A DNA stretch of 64,000 nucleotides from Truepera sp. (GTDB taxonomy: Bacteria > Deinococcota > Deinococci > Deinococcales > Trueperaceae): NCBI GenBank assembly GCA_965218435.1, contig CBDCKW010000009.1:1856001-1920000 (forward strand), given 5' to 3'. Positions 42,133-51,697 of the stretch are shown piece by piece. Below the pieces are notes generated by a model. It saw nothing but the letters and a program-made list of their open reading frames with translations, was not told the origin of the DNA and did no database searches. The position numbers were made by a program, and so were the translations under genes. Each line of letters begins with the position of its first letter. Positions within the stretch are counted from its first letter, which is position 1.

Positions 42133-43916
42133 GCGGCGACCGTTCCTTCGGCGACTGTTTTCTCAGCGTAGGTGCGGAGATCGTCTAACCCAACACGGTG
42201 GCAAAAGTCGCCGAAGCGTTCGCCATCACGCCTTGCCTCACGCCAGTACCCTAACAGCGGTTTCACGGTCGTGACTAAATCGTCCGCCGAGACCATCTCG
42301 GCGTACTCACTGACCAACCGCGTGCCTTCAAACGCGCCGCCGACGTAGACGTTATATTTGCCCAACGACTTGCCGACAAAGGCCAGCTCTGCGGTGTAGG
42401 GGCGGGCGCACCCGTTCGGGCAGCCGGTCATCCGAACCGAGATTTCTTCCCCTTCCAAGCCGAGGTCGGCGAGTTCAGTTTCTAACACATCTAAAACACC
42501 GGGCAGAAACCGTTCGGATTCGGCCAACGCCAAGCCGCAGGTCGGCAGGGCAGGGCACGCCATCGCAAAGCGCCGCGCCTGTGACAACTCGCCTTCGGCC
42601 CGGACGCCGTGGTCGTGTAAGAGCTCACGAATCGGCGCTTCGTCTTCAGCCTCGAGGTTGGTCAAAAGAATATTATGCTGTGCGGTCACGCGAATTTCAT
42701 TGGGATACCGCGTCAGCAGTTTGCGTAACGCAGTGCGCAGACGAAAGTCGCCCTCGTCTTTGATCCGGCCGTTTTCGATATAGATGCCGTAGTAAAACCG
42801 GCCGTCGCCCTGTGCGTGCCAACCCAGATGATCATTCAGGGTAAAGCGTGCAACCGGTACCCAGTCCTCGAGCTTAAACCCTACGCGGCGCTCCAACTCT
42901 TCCCGAAACCAGGGAATCCCACGCGTTTCGACGAGCCACTTCATCCGGGCAAATTTACGCTCTTCGCGGTTGCCGAAGTCGCGCTGAATGGTGACGACGC
43001 CTTCGACGACGCGCACCAGCTGTTTACGGGTGACAAACCCGAGTTCTTTGGCTAAAAAGGGCCGCGTGTCGGGGTCGGTGTGACTCATGCCGAGGCCGCC
43101 GCCGATCATCAAGTTAAAACCCCGAACAGTTTCACCGTCCATGATGGGCACAATCCCGACATCTTGGGTAAAGACGTCTACACAGTTGTCTTCGGGGTAA
43201 GCGATACCGATTTTGAACTTGCGCGGCAGGTAAGTGCGCCCGTAAATGGGTTCAACGTCGTCGGCTTTGGCAACCGGCGCAGGGACGGGCAGTGGCGTCG
43301 GCGTCGCTTCGGCGGGTAAAGGGAGCCGTTCGCCGTCTAACCAGAGGTCGTAGTACGCCTCGGTCTTCGGTAAAAAGTGCTGGTCGAGCTCGTCGGCAAT
43401 CTTTTCTAAGAGCGCGTGACGGCGCGTCTTTTCGGGTGCGGGGCACGCCATGACGTTACGGTTGACGTCCCCACACGCCGCGAGCGAGGTGACCAGTTCG
43501 CTGTGCAGCGTCTGAATCGTCTTTTTAATATCGCCTTTAATGATGCCGTGCAGCTGGATGCCTTGCCGCGTGGTCAGACGCATGGTGCCGTTGCCTACCT
43601 CGTCGGCTAAGCGGTCGTGAACCAGGTACTGCGCCGCCGACAGCCTGCCGCCGGGAGCGCGAGAGCGGAGCATAAACGAATACGCTTTATCTTTGCCCTC
43701 CTGCCGCCGCGCTTTGCGCTGGTCGCGGTCGTCTTGTTGGTACATCCCGGAAAACTTGAGTAGCTGATAGGTCGCGTCGTCTACGTGGTCGGTCTCCGGG
43801 TCGAAGACGGCTTCGGCGACACCTTCCGAGAGATAATCCGAGCGTTCTTTGATCTCTTCGACACTTAGTTTGGGTGTGCGGGTGGGTTTACGGGCAGGTC
43901 TGGCAGGGCTCGCCAC
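42129..43916 (-). CDS. sir: Siroheme-[4Fe-4S] sulfite reductase hemoprotein
   Basis: [43 protein letters not shown]. Confidence 0.92.
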   Translation of the reverse strand: MASPARPARKPTRTPKLSVEEIKERSDYLSEGVAEAVFDPETDHVDDATYQLLKFSGMYQQDDRDQRKARRQEGKDKAYSFMLRSRAPGGRLSAAQYLVHDRLADEVGNGTMRLTTRQGIQLHGIIKGDIKKTIQTLHSELVTSLAACGDVNRNVMACPAPEKTRRHALLEKIADELDQHFLPKTEAYYDLWLDGERLPLPAEATPTPLPVPAPVAKADDVEPIYGRTYLPRKFKIGIAYPEDNCVDVFTQDVGIVPIMDGETVRGFNLMIGGGLGMSHTDPDTRPFLAKELGFVTRKQLVRVVEGVVTIQRDFGNREERKFARMKWLVETRGIPWFREELERRVGFKLEDWVPVARFTLNDHLGWHAQGDGRFYYGIYIENGRIKDEGDFRLRTALRKLLTRYPNEIRVTAQHNILLTNLEAEDEAPIRELLHDHGVRAEGELSQARRFAMACPALPTCGLALAESERFLPGVLDVLETELADLGLEGEEISVRMTGCPNGCARPYTAELAFVGKSLGKYNVYVGGAFEGTRLVSEYAEMVSADDLVTTVKPLLGYWREARRDGERFGDFCHRVGLDDLRTYAEKTVAEGTVAA

Positions 43917-44052
43917 GGCGCGCCTCCTAAGGGATAAGTGGGTGAAGTGAGTGACGTGGGACTCGAGCCGTAGCCGAGCAAAAAACCGCGCTTCTTGACA
44001 GGGTTACGGAACCCCTGAGAAAACGCGTCTCCAACACCTGGCTAGTCTATAG

Positions 44053-44075
44053 TAGTTGACCAAAGCTATCAAGTA
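44053..44075. promoter_or_regulatory. Rrf2 (IscR/CymR-type)-like operator overlapping the sir promoter
   Basis: TAGTTGACCAAAGCTATCAAGTA; same motif at 45659-45681. Confidence 0.6.
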
Positions 44076-44272
44076 ATGTGGCGAACATAGCCGGCTTAGA
44101 GCTTACGCGTTACGTCTTGCAGTCGTGCCCAACTACAAATTACCTTGGAAGCTGTACCGATTGCAAAGCGTGCAGCATTAACTTAGCAACCACTCAATTT
44201 TTTAGAACAGTTCGCAGGTTTTGGAGTGAGGCGTCAGCTTATTGATCTGCGCAGCAGAAATCTTTGCACCTT

Positions 44273-44371
44273 CAGCCGGACGAGCGGTTTAGCGCGTTTG
44301 AAGACGCCGACACCCAAAGAAACGCTGACGCGGCGCAGTTCACCACCGTACGCGGTCAACCCCAACCGTGA
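44273..44371 (+). pseudogene. Possible remnant of the nitrite reductase large subunit (nirB) C-terminus
   Basis: QPDERFSAFEDADTQRNADAAQFTTVRGQPQP* resembles the NirB tail; lies directly before the nirD-like ORF. Confidence 0.4.
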
Positions 44372-44399
44372 TGCTAGTGGGTCGCGCTCTACGCTGCAA

Positions 44400-44816
44400 A
44401 CCCTACAAAAAGGTGAGAGTATAAAGACATGTCAGGTTACCAACACAAACGATGTGACGCCGAACGGGAACGGCGGCGTGTTGCTCCGCGGGGTTCAAAT
44501 CGCGCTGTTCAAACTCGTCAGTGGGACAAAAACGCAGGGGTACGCAGTGCAAAACTTGTGCCCGCACGACCGGCGGCAGGTGCTCTCCTGTGGGCACACC
44601 GGCGACGTACAGGGCGAGCTGGAAGTCGCATGTCCGCAGCACAAAAACGCCTTTCCGCTCTGCACCGGCGACCATTTGGGCGGTGGCGCGAAACTCGAGT
44701 GGACACTGACGACCTTTCCCGTCCAAGAGGGCGAGGGATTGATTCTCGAGTTCGCTATGGAGCACGTACCCATACCTACCGGGGTCGCCCATGAATACGC
44801 CCAAAAACCGAATTGA
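44400..44816 (+). CDS. nirD: NirD-like Rieske small subunit (start unclear, possibly decaying)
   Basis: VQIALF, AVQNLCPH...VLS.G..GD...VACPQHK..F.L.TG. Confidence 0.65.
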   Translation, partial: TLQKGESIKTCQVTNTNDVTPNGNGGVLLRGVQIALFKLVSGTKTQGYAVQNLCPHDRRQVLSCGHTGDVQGELEVACPQHKNAFPLCTGDHLGGGAKLEWTLTTFPVQEGEGLILEFAMEHVPIPTGVAHEYAQKPN

Positions 44817-45645
44817 CAAAGCAGCAAAACCGCTCTCAGGCCGCCGCATCGCCATTGCGGGCGACCGCCGCTTTGACGATATTGACAAGCTCGTCACCAA
44901 ACAGGGCGGTGAGGCCGTGTCGCGCCCGATGATGCGGAGCGCCCCGCTGGACGATCCAGAGACGACCGCCGCCGTCCTCAAACTCTGCGACGAGGACTGT
45001 GACTGGCTCGTCCTCGTTACGGGGATGGGCACGCGGGCGATGGTCGGCGTAGCCGAAACGCTCGGGCGCAAAGCTGACCTGTTAGCGCAGATGCAGGCGG
45101 CGAAGATCGCGGCGAGAGGTTACAAAACCGTCAAAGCTCTAAGAGAACTAGGTCTCAAGCCGGTTGTGCAAGACGACGACGGAACGACCGAAGGGCTGCG
45201 GCGACAGCTCGAGCCCTACGATTTTAGCGGTGCGAAAGTTGCCTTTAAGCTGCACGGCGAACGTGTACCAGAATTGACCGAATGGTTAGAGTTGCGGGGC
45301 GCGTCAGTTTATGAAATCCCCTTGTACCGTTATCGGCCTCCTGCTGACACCGAAGTTCAGACGCTGCTGGGTGAAATCTTCTCCGGTGAACTCGACGCGG
45401 TGGCCTTTACCTCGAACACACAGGTCAACTACCTTTTCGCCGTCGCTGAGCGTTTCAGTCAGGGTGCGGCGTTGCGAGACGCCTTTGCAAACGACGTACA
45501 GGCCGTATCGGTTGGTCACATGACGAGTGCAGCACTGCGGGAGGTGGGTGTGACCGACATCGTGCAACCTGAACACGAGCGGATGGGCGCGATGATCGTC
45601 GCCCTCGCCGAGCATTACCGTACTCGAACCTCCCTTTCTGGCTGA
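44791..45645 (+). CDS. hemD: Uroporphyrinogen-III synthase
   Basis: LSGRRIAI, VTGMG, ARGYK, DAVAFTS, SVGHMT. Confidence 0.85.
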   Translation: MNTPKNRIDKAAKPLSGRRIAIAGDRRFDDIDKLVTKQGGEAVSRPMMRSAPLDDPETTAAVLKLCDEDCDWLVLVTGMGTRAMVGVAETLGRKADLLAQMQAAKIAARGYKTVKALRELGLKPVVQDDDGTTEGLRRQLEPYDFSGAKVAFKLHGERVPELTEWLELRGASVYEIPLYRYRPPADTEVQTLLGEIFSGELDAVAFTSNTQVNYLFAVAERFSQGAALRDAFANDVQAVSVGHMTSAALREVGVTDIVQPEHERMGAMIVALAEHYRTRTSLSG

Positions 45646-45658
45646 GGTGTAAGGGAAG

Positions 45659-45681
45659 TACTTGACGTATTTTATCAACTA
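45659..45681. promoter_or_regulatory. Second Rrf2-like operator upstream of cobA
   Basis: TACTTGACGTATTTTATCAACTA. Confidence 0.6.
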
Positions 45682-45733
45682 AACGTACCGTAGAGTAAAT
45701 GTGAGGTGCTGATCTCACGCCCTGAGGAGTTTC

Positions 45734-46546
45734 ATGCCCATCCCCCCAACTGGTTTCGTCTCGCTCGTCGGCGCAGGTCCCGGCGATCCCGACCTGCTCA
45801 CCGTCAAGGGCTTGCGGCGCTTACGTGAGGCTGACGTGGTGGCCTACGACCGCCTCGCCAATCCGGTTTTGCTTAAAGAATGTCGTACGGACGCCGAGCT
45901 GATCTTTGTCGGAAAACACGGCGAAGGCTTACACGTTTCCGTGCCCCAGGAACACATCAATGCTTTACTGATCCACAGAGCCTTAGCGGGCAAACAGGTC
46001 GTGCGGCTTAAGGGCGGCGATCCGTTTATCTTTGGGCGCGGGGGTGAAGAGGCGCTGGGGCTTCGTCAGGCTGGTGTGGCCTTTGAAATTGTCCCCGGTA
46101 TCTCGTCGGCTGTGGCTGCGCCCGCCTACGCCGGGATTCCGGTGACGCACCGGCACGTCTCGGCGTCGGTGGCCATCGTCGCCGGGCACGAAGACCCACA
46201 GAAGGGTGTGTCGTCGCACGATTGGGACGCCCTTTCTAAGATAGATACACTTGTCGTTTTGATGGGCATCGGACGGATAGAAGCCATTACCGAAACCTTG
46301 CTGGCGTGTGGCCGAAACGCCGATACGCCTGCTGCGGTGGTGCGGTGGGGAACGACCTCGGAGCAAGAAACAGTCGCGGGGACGCTCGAAACCATTGCCG
46401 CCGCCGTCCGTCAAGCCGGACTTAAAGCCCCGGCCACCCTTATCGTCGGCGACGTCGTGCGGCTCCGAGACAACCTGAGATGGTTCGACCAAGAGGCGCT
46501 GCCACCCGAAACCCTAGCAGTTCAGGCCGTTCACGACACCCTTTAA
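45734..46546 (+). CDS. cobA: Uroporphyrinogen-III C-methyltransferase
   Basis: VGAGPGDPDLLT, RLKGGDPFIFGRGGEE, AGIPVTHR. Confidence 0.95.
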   Translation: MPIPPTGFVSLVGAGPGDPDLLTVKGLRRLREADVVAYDRLANPVLLKECRTDAELIFVGKHGEGLHVSVPQEHINALLIHRALAGKQVVRLKGGDPFIFGRGGEEALGLRQAGVAFEIVPGISSAVAAPAYAGIPVTHRHVSASVAIVAGHEDPQKGVSSHDWDALSKIDTLVVLMGIGRIEAITETLLACGRNADTPAAVVRWGTTSEQETVAGTLETIAAAVRQAGLKAPATLIVGDVVRLRDNLRWFDQEALPPETLAVQAVHDTL

Positions 46547-46547
46547 G

Positions 46548-47294
46548 ATGAACGCTGCGATTTTGGTCGGTCACGGAAGTTTGCGCAAAGCCTCAGGCGC
46601 GGCGATGATTCGCCTCGCGGCGCTCCTGCGTCAAGAGGGCGCTTTCCCTATCGCCACCGCCGGATTTCTCAACTTCAGCCAACCGACCTTTATAGACGCC
46701 GTAACGCGCTGCGTTCGTAAGGGTGCAACCGAGATTTTTGTACAACCGTATTTTTTAGTCTCCGGGTATTACGTCACCGCCTCGTTACCCAAACTGATTG
46801 CGGAAGCGAAAGACACTTATCCTGATGTGACGTTTCGCCTTGCCGAAGCGTTTGACGACCATCCGGCACTGGTTGAACTGACCTATCAACGCGCCTTAGC
46901 CGTCGACCCGGACGCCGACGCGCTCCTGCTGATGGCGCACGGCAGCCCGCATGAAGCGGCGAACGCACCGATTTTTCGTGTAGCCGAAGCGTTAAAAGCG
47001 CACTACGGCGCTACGCAGTTCGGCTTTATGGAACTCAATACGCCTACAATCGCTGAAGCGGCAACGCTGCTGCGTGAACAGGGTGCCAAACGCATCGTCG
47101 CCGCACCGTATTTTTTACAGCTCGGGGGTCACGTCGCCGAAGATTTGCCTGAAGCCGTCGCCTCGGCGCAAGCTCAGCATCCGGAGATGACCTTCACGCT
47201 CTCCGATTATCTGTCGTATGACCCGTTGCTGCTCGAGGTTATCAAAACTCGCCTAGCGGCTGTCCAACCCGCTTTAACGTCAGCTGCTCTTTAA
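46548..47294 (+). CDS. Sirohydrochlorin chelatase (CbiX/SirB, two domains)
   Basis: GHGS and AHGS, PYFL twice, GGHVAEDLP. Confidence 0.88.
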   Translation: MNAAILVGHGSLRKASGAAMIRLAALLRQEGAFPIATAGFLNFSQPTFIDAVTRCVRKGATEIFVQPYFLVSGYYVTASLPKLIAEAKDTYPDVTFRLAEAFDDHPALVELTYQRALAVDPDADALLLMAHGSPHEAANAPIFRVAEALKAHYGATQFGFMELNTPTIAEAATLLREQGAKRIVAAPYFLQLGGHVAEDLPEAVASAQAQHPEMTFTLSDYLSYDPLLLEVIKTRLAAVQPALTSAAL

Positions 47295-47317
47295 GGTAAA
47301 CGGTATAAGCTAAACAG

Positions 47318-48118
47318 ATGGACGTCATTAAAACCTTGTGGTCACGCCTCTCGTGGCGGCTGTTACTCTACTGGGGCGTGCTCGTCGGCGGGCTCTGGGC
47401 CTTTGCCGAACTCGCCGACCAGATTTACGACAAGCAGGGCTTTTTTTTCGACGAACCCATCCTAGCGTGGTTTTACACCCTCGTCTCCCCTACGCTGACG
47501 CAAATCGCGCTCGTCTTGAGCACCGTAGGCGGCCTTCAGGTGATGATTGCGCTCTCTGTCTTACTCATTATCTTTTTATGGTTTAAGAGCCACCGGGAGG
47601 CCGTTTTTTTTGCCGTAAGCATGATCGGCGCGTCGGTTATTATGGGCCTGACCAAAGTTATTCTGGCCCGCCCGCGCCCTGAACTTTTCCCCGACGTAAA
47701 CTACTGGAAAACGGCCTCACCGTCATTCCCGAGTGGTCACGCGACCGGTAGCACGGTTTTTGCCCTCACGCTTTTTTTTGTGGTGCGGCGGCTCGCCCCA
47801 AAATGGCAGGGGCTCGTAAGCGTGCTCGGGGTGCTCTTTTGCTTGTCAGTGAGCGCCTCGAGACTCTACTTACAAGTTCACTACCCGTCCGACATCTTGG
47901 CCGGTCTCGCGCTCGGGTCGGGCTGGGTTTTAGGCGTCAATACGCTTTACAACTACCGGGTACGGGATACGAGTACCCGTAGTGAACTCTTGAAGCTACC
48001 CGAAGCAGTTATTTTTGCCTATCGGGAAGAGGCTAAGGCCAAAGGGCTTACAGAAGACGAGGTCGTCGGAAAGATTTTAACGGAGCATTACCGGGTGTTA
48101 AAAACGCCACATAAGTAG
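47318..48118 (+). CDS. PAP2-family phosphatase
   Basis: K..LARPRP, SFPSGHA, SRLYLQVHYPSD. Confidence 0.92.
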   Translation: MDVIKTLWSRLSWRLLLYWGVLVGGLWAFAELADQIYDKQGFFFDEPILAWFYTLVSPTLTQIALVLSTVGGLQVMIALSVLLIIFLWFKSHREAVFFAVSMIGASVIMGLTKVILARPRPELFPDVNYWKTASPSFPSGHATGSTVFALTLFFVVRRLAPKWQGLVSVLGVLFCLSVSASRLYLQVHYPSDILAGLALGSGWVLGVNTLYNYRVRDTSTRSELLKLPEAVIFAYREEAKAKGLTEDEVVGKILTEHYRVLKTPHK

Positions 48119-48247
48119 TCCAGCGGTCAGCCAATACAGCTTTATTTTGCCAAAACCCTAAACTGAACTAGAGAAAAACCGGTTAAAAATTGCTGAATGT
48201 GCTCATTTTGAGCATGTTTTAGGCCGTTTACTCTCTTACAGCGAAGG

Positions 48248-49294
48248 GTGACTATGTTTAATACTTATGGGTTTAATACTTATGGGTTTAATACTTATGG
48301 CTTAGATGACTTAAAGCGGCGCAGCCAACACGTTCTAGGTGCGCTGCTGCCGCAGCGTATGCGCCGCAAACCGGCTACGCCTATCTATCTCTTTTGCCAC
48401 CACAAAGTCGCCACGGTTCTCTTAACTAAAGTGTTTCGTGAGGTCAGTTTAGCGAACGGTTGGACCTTTCACGTGCTTAGAGGTCGGCAGACCCAGGCAC
48501 CGCGTAACCCCGGCGTGACCCTTTTCAGCCACGCCGGACGTGCTGAGACCTTGACCCAACCTTTTGTCGGCGTTCACGTCGTTCGGGACCCCCGCGACGT
48601 TATCGTCTCCGGTTACCTTTACCACCGCAGAACAGCGGAAGCGTGGTGTGTCAATCAAGACTTTAGTACCGCGCCTGCTATCACCTTCCCGCAGGTACCT
48701 TACTCTCAAGAGCACCGTTCGGAAGCTTGGAAACGCGACTACTTGGGGTCGCTAAACGGCAAGTCGTATCAAGAGCACCTGCTGAGCCTGTCGCCCGAAG
48801 AGGGCCTGATGTTTGAGATGAAGCATTACGGAGCGTGGACTATAGAAAGTATGCTCGAGTGGAACTACGCGCAAGCGGGCGTGCTCGAGCTTAAGTTTGA
48901 AGCTTTGCTGGGCAACTACGACGCCACGTTCTGCAGCGTTTTTAAGCACCTGGGGTTTTCCGGGAAGCAGCTCGCGGCAGGAATGCGCGCGGCCGCTAGG
49001 CATGACCTGAGCAAAAAGTCAGCCGCTGAAGTGGCCGCCATCCAACACGTTTCGGCCAAAGAGCCCAGCAAGTGGCGGCACTACTTTACCGAAGAGCACC
49101 ACGCCGTTTTTCGTGAGCTGTTTGGGGACGCGCTGGTCAAACTAGGGTATGAGACGAACCCGGCAGCGCCCAAGCCGGTTGGAATTAGGCCGGTCTCCGC
49201 CACGCCCCTAGCGCGTCACGCAGCCCCTGGATTGCCAAAGCTGCATAATCAGCGTTCCCCTGCCTCAGATCATGAGCTAAAAAGCCCATCATGA
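48248..49294 (+). CDS. Sulfotransferase-domain protein
   Basis: HHKVAT (5'-PSB-like), RDPRDVIVS (3'-PB), KWRHYF, KLGY. Confidence 0.8.
   Translation: MTMFNTYGFNTYGFNTYGLDDLKRRSQHVLGALLPQRMRRKPATPIYLFCHHKVATVLLTKVFREVSLANGWTFHVLRGRQTQAPRNPGVTLFSHAGRAETLTQPFVGVHVVRDPRDVIVSGYLYHRRTAEAWCVNQDFSTAPAITFPQVPYSQEHRSEAWKRDYLGSLNGKSYQEHLLSLSPEEGLMFEMKHYGAWTIESMLEWNYAQAGVLELKFEALLGNYDATFCSVFKHLGFSGKQLAAGMRAAARHDLSKKSAAEVAAIQHVSAKEPSKWRHYFTEEHHAVFRELFGDALVKLGYETNPAAPKPVGIRPVSATPLARHAAPGLPKLHNQRSPASDHELKSPS
48256..48300 (+). repeat. Perfect 15-bp tandem repeat x3 (GTTTAATACTTATGG)
   Basis: Direct reading; encodes (FNTYG)3. Confidence 0.95.
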
Positions 49295-49556
49295 CGGAGA
49301 CCTGTTCAACTAAAACGCACCGGTCAAACTCTCGGTCAAAGGGGACGGCGTAGGTCGGCTCGAGCCACGCCAGCCGCACATCCGGGTGGTACATGCTCAA
49401 GACGGCAAAAGCCAGCTCATGCGGGCCGCCTTGCCACATGCCGAAGTCAATGATTCCGGTTACGGTCAGGGCGTCGTCTACAAAAATATGGTCCATCCCC
49501 AAATCACCGTGACAGAGTACCGGGCGTGGCGCAGAGAGTGTAGGTAGCACCCGCAC
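49185..49556 (-). pseudogene. C-terminal fragment of an APH/phosphotransferase-family protein
   Basis: LCHGDL and IIDFG motifs, no N-lobe; in-frame stop shortly upstream. Confidence 0.7.
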
Positions 49557-49645
49557 AACCTCCAGCAGCGCGTCCGGCGCAGCAAATCTATAAATCAGCT
49601 CTGCACAACTGACTTCGGTTGTAAGCTGACCCTATGTGGTAACCC

Positions 49646-49677
49646 AAAAAAAGGCAAGACTCTGCGTAGAGCCTTGC
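49646..49677 (-). terminator. Intrinsic terminator after lpdA
   Basis: GCAAGACTCT-GCGT-AGAGCCTTGC hairpin with a T-run on the minus strand. Confidence 0.65.
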
Positions 49678-49708
49678 TCAGTCTCAATTCACCGTTACGA
49701 CGAAAACC

Positions 49709-51094
49709 TCAGATGTGAATCGCCCGCTCATCGACCGCCATCGCCGCTTCCTTAAACGCCTCGGCTAAGGTCGGATGCGCGTGCGAGGTTCGGGCTACGT
49801 CTTCGGCTGACGCCCCGAACTCGAGCGCAGCCACGGCCTCGGCAATCAGGTCACCGGCCCTCGAGCCCAAGATATGCACCCCTAGCAAGCGGTCGGTTTT
49901 CGCGTCGGCTAACACCTTGACCTTGCCGTCGGTGTGACCCAGCGCCCGCGCCCGCCCGTTAGCGACAAAGGGAAATGTTCCCTTTTTGTACTCGACGCCT
50001 TCTTCCTTGAGCTGCTCTTCGGTCTTGCCGACCGAGGCAATTTCGGGCTCGGTATAGGCGACGCCCGGAATCGCACCGTAGTTGACGTGTCCGACACCCG
50101 TAGCGATGCCTTCAACACAGGCAATACCCTCTTCTTCGGCTTTGTGCGCGAGCATCGCGCCACCGATCACGTCACCGATGGCGTAAACGCCCGAGACTTT
50201 GGTTTTGAAGTGCTCGTCTACCGGGACAAAACCGCGTTTATCAAGTTCTAAACCAATCGCTTCGACGTTGAGCCCGTCCGTATTCGGTTTGCGCCCGACG
50301 GCAACCAAAACGCGGTCAGCTTCGAGCGGTTCCTGCCCTTCGATTTCGACCACGGCTTTGTCACCCTGCGCCTTGGCCGAGGTGACCTTCGCGCCAAGCT
50401 TGAACTCTAAGCCCTGTTTCTTAAACAGTTTGAGCGCGTCCGCCGCAATTTCGGCGTCCATCCCCGGCAAAATGCGGTCTAAAAACTCGACGACGGTGAC
50501 CTTGGCTCCCAAACGGCTCCAGACCGACCCAAGCTCGAGGCCGATATACCCTGCCCCGATGACTACCAGATGCTCCGGTACCTGGTCATAAGCAATCGCG
50601 TCGGTTGAAGTACCGACCACTTTGCCGTCAATCTCAATACCGGGTAGGACGACGCTAGACGAGCCCGTCGCAATGATGATACGTTCGGCTTCTAGTTCGG
50701 TATCGCCGTCTTGACCGGAAACCGTCAACTTACCCGGCGCGGAGAAGCTCGCCGTACCTTCGTAACGCGTCACGCCGTTCTTTTTGAACAGCCCCGCCAC
50801 GCCGCCGGTCAACATCTTGACCACTTTGTCTTTGCGTTTATGCATATTGGCCAGGTTCAAGGACGCTCCCGACACGTCAATGCCGTACTCTTTCAGTGCG
50901 CCTTGCGTCTCGAGATATTTTTCTGAGGACTCGAGCAGCGCCTTGCTCGGGATACAGCCAACGCGCAAGCACGTTCCGCCTAAAGCCGGTTCTTGTTCAA
51001 CGCACGCTGTATCAAAGCCAAGTTGCGCGGCGCGAATCGCTGCGACGTAGCCGCCAGGCCCCGCACCGACGATGATAAGATCATGTTTAGCCAC
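49709..51094 (-). CDS. lpdA: Dihydrolipoamide dehydrogenase (E3)
   Basis: GAGPGG, GGTCLRVGCIPSK, HPTLAE. Confidence 0.96.
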   Translation of the reverse strand: MAKHDLIIVGAGPGGYVAAIRAAQLGFDTACVEQEPALGGTCLRVGCIPSKALLESSEKYLETQGALKEYGIDVSGASLNLANMHKRKDKVVKMLTGGVAGLFKKNGVTRYEGTASFSAPGKLTVSGQDGDTELEAERIIIATGSSSVVLPGIEIDGKVVGTSTDAIAYDQVPEHLVVIGAGYIGLELGSVWSRLGAKVTVVEFLDRILPGMDAEIAADALKLFKKQGLEFKLGAKVTSAKAQGDKAVVEIEGQEPLEADRVLVAVGRKPNTDGLNVEAIGLELDKRGFVPVDEHFKTKVSGVYAIGDVIGGAMLAHKAEEEGIACVEGIATGVGHVNYGAIPGVAYTEPEIASVGKTEEQLKEEGVEYKKGTFPFVANGRARALGHTDGKVKVLADAKTDRLLGVHILGSRAGDLIAEAVAALEFGASAEDVARTSHAHPTLAEAFKEAAMAVDERAIHI

Positions 51095-51227
51095 CTAAAA
51101 CCTCCATACCAATAAGTTTACCTGTCTTGCTACGACAAATTAGTTGGCGACACGTAAACTTTCATGCATCACAACTCAAGAGCGGTTTTCGTTTATAGTT
51201 TAGCTAGAACAGCTTTTGAGAGGCTTT

Positions 51228-51422
51228 GTGGGAGAAAACAAGCGCCTGAAGAAACAGTTGGAAGGATTGCAACTTCAGGTGGACAAACACAACCTCAAGA
51301 TTGCTGACGAGTTGCGAAGAGAGCATCCTGATCGCGGCCTTATAGAGCACTGGCAGAGAGAAGTAGATACATGGCGAACACAAGTTCAAAAGAAAAGAGA
51401 CCGGCTCGAGCGGAAACGCTAG
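51228..51422 (+). CDS. Small basic helical hypothetical protein
   Basis: MGENKRLKKQLEGL...PDRGLIEHWQRE...; GAGAGG RBS. Confidence 0.65.
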   Translation: MGENKRLKKQLEGLQLQVDKHNLKIADELRREHPDRGLIEHWQREVDTWRTQVQKKRDRLERKR

Positions 51423-51697
51423 ATAGAATTCTAAACATTCCCGGTGTGGTCGGTGAACCCGTCTGGAAAGAGTTAGCCGACGAAGCCGAGGTGTATCTCG
51501 AGCTGTACAAACACCTGTCTAAAGAACCGCTGGATTCACCTGAACGTGAAGCGTTAGAAGACAAGATGGTTATGTCGCTAGCACACCTTTCTACGCACAG
51601 TAAAATTCTCTACGCTTCAGTTGACGAAGCTATAGAGACAAACTTAATTGAAGAAGTAAAGTTTGAGAATGACTTGCAGGAAAGTTTTGTTGAAACT

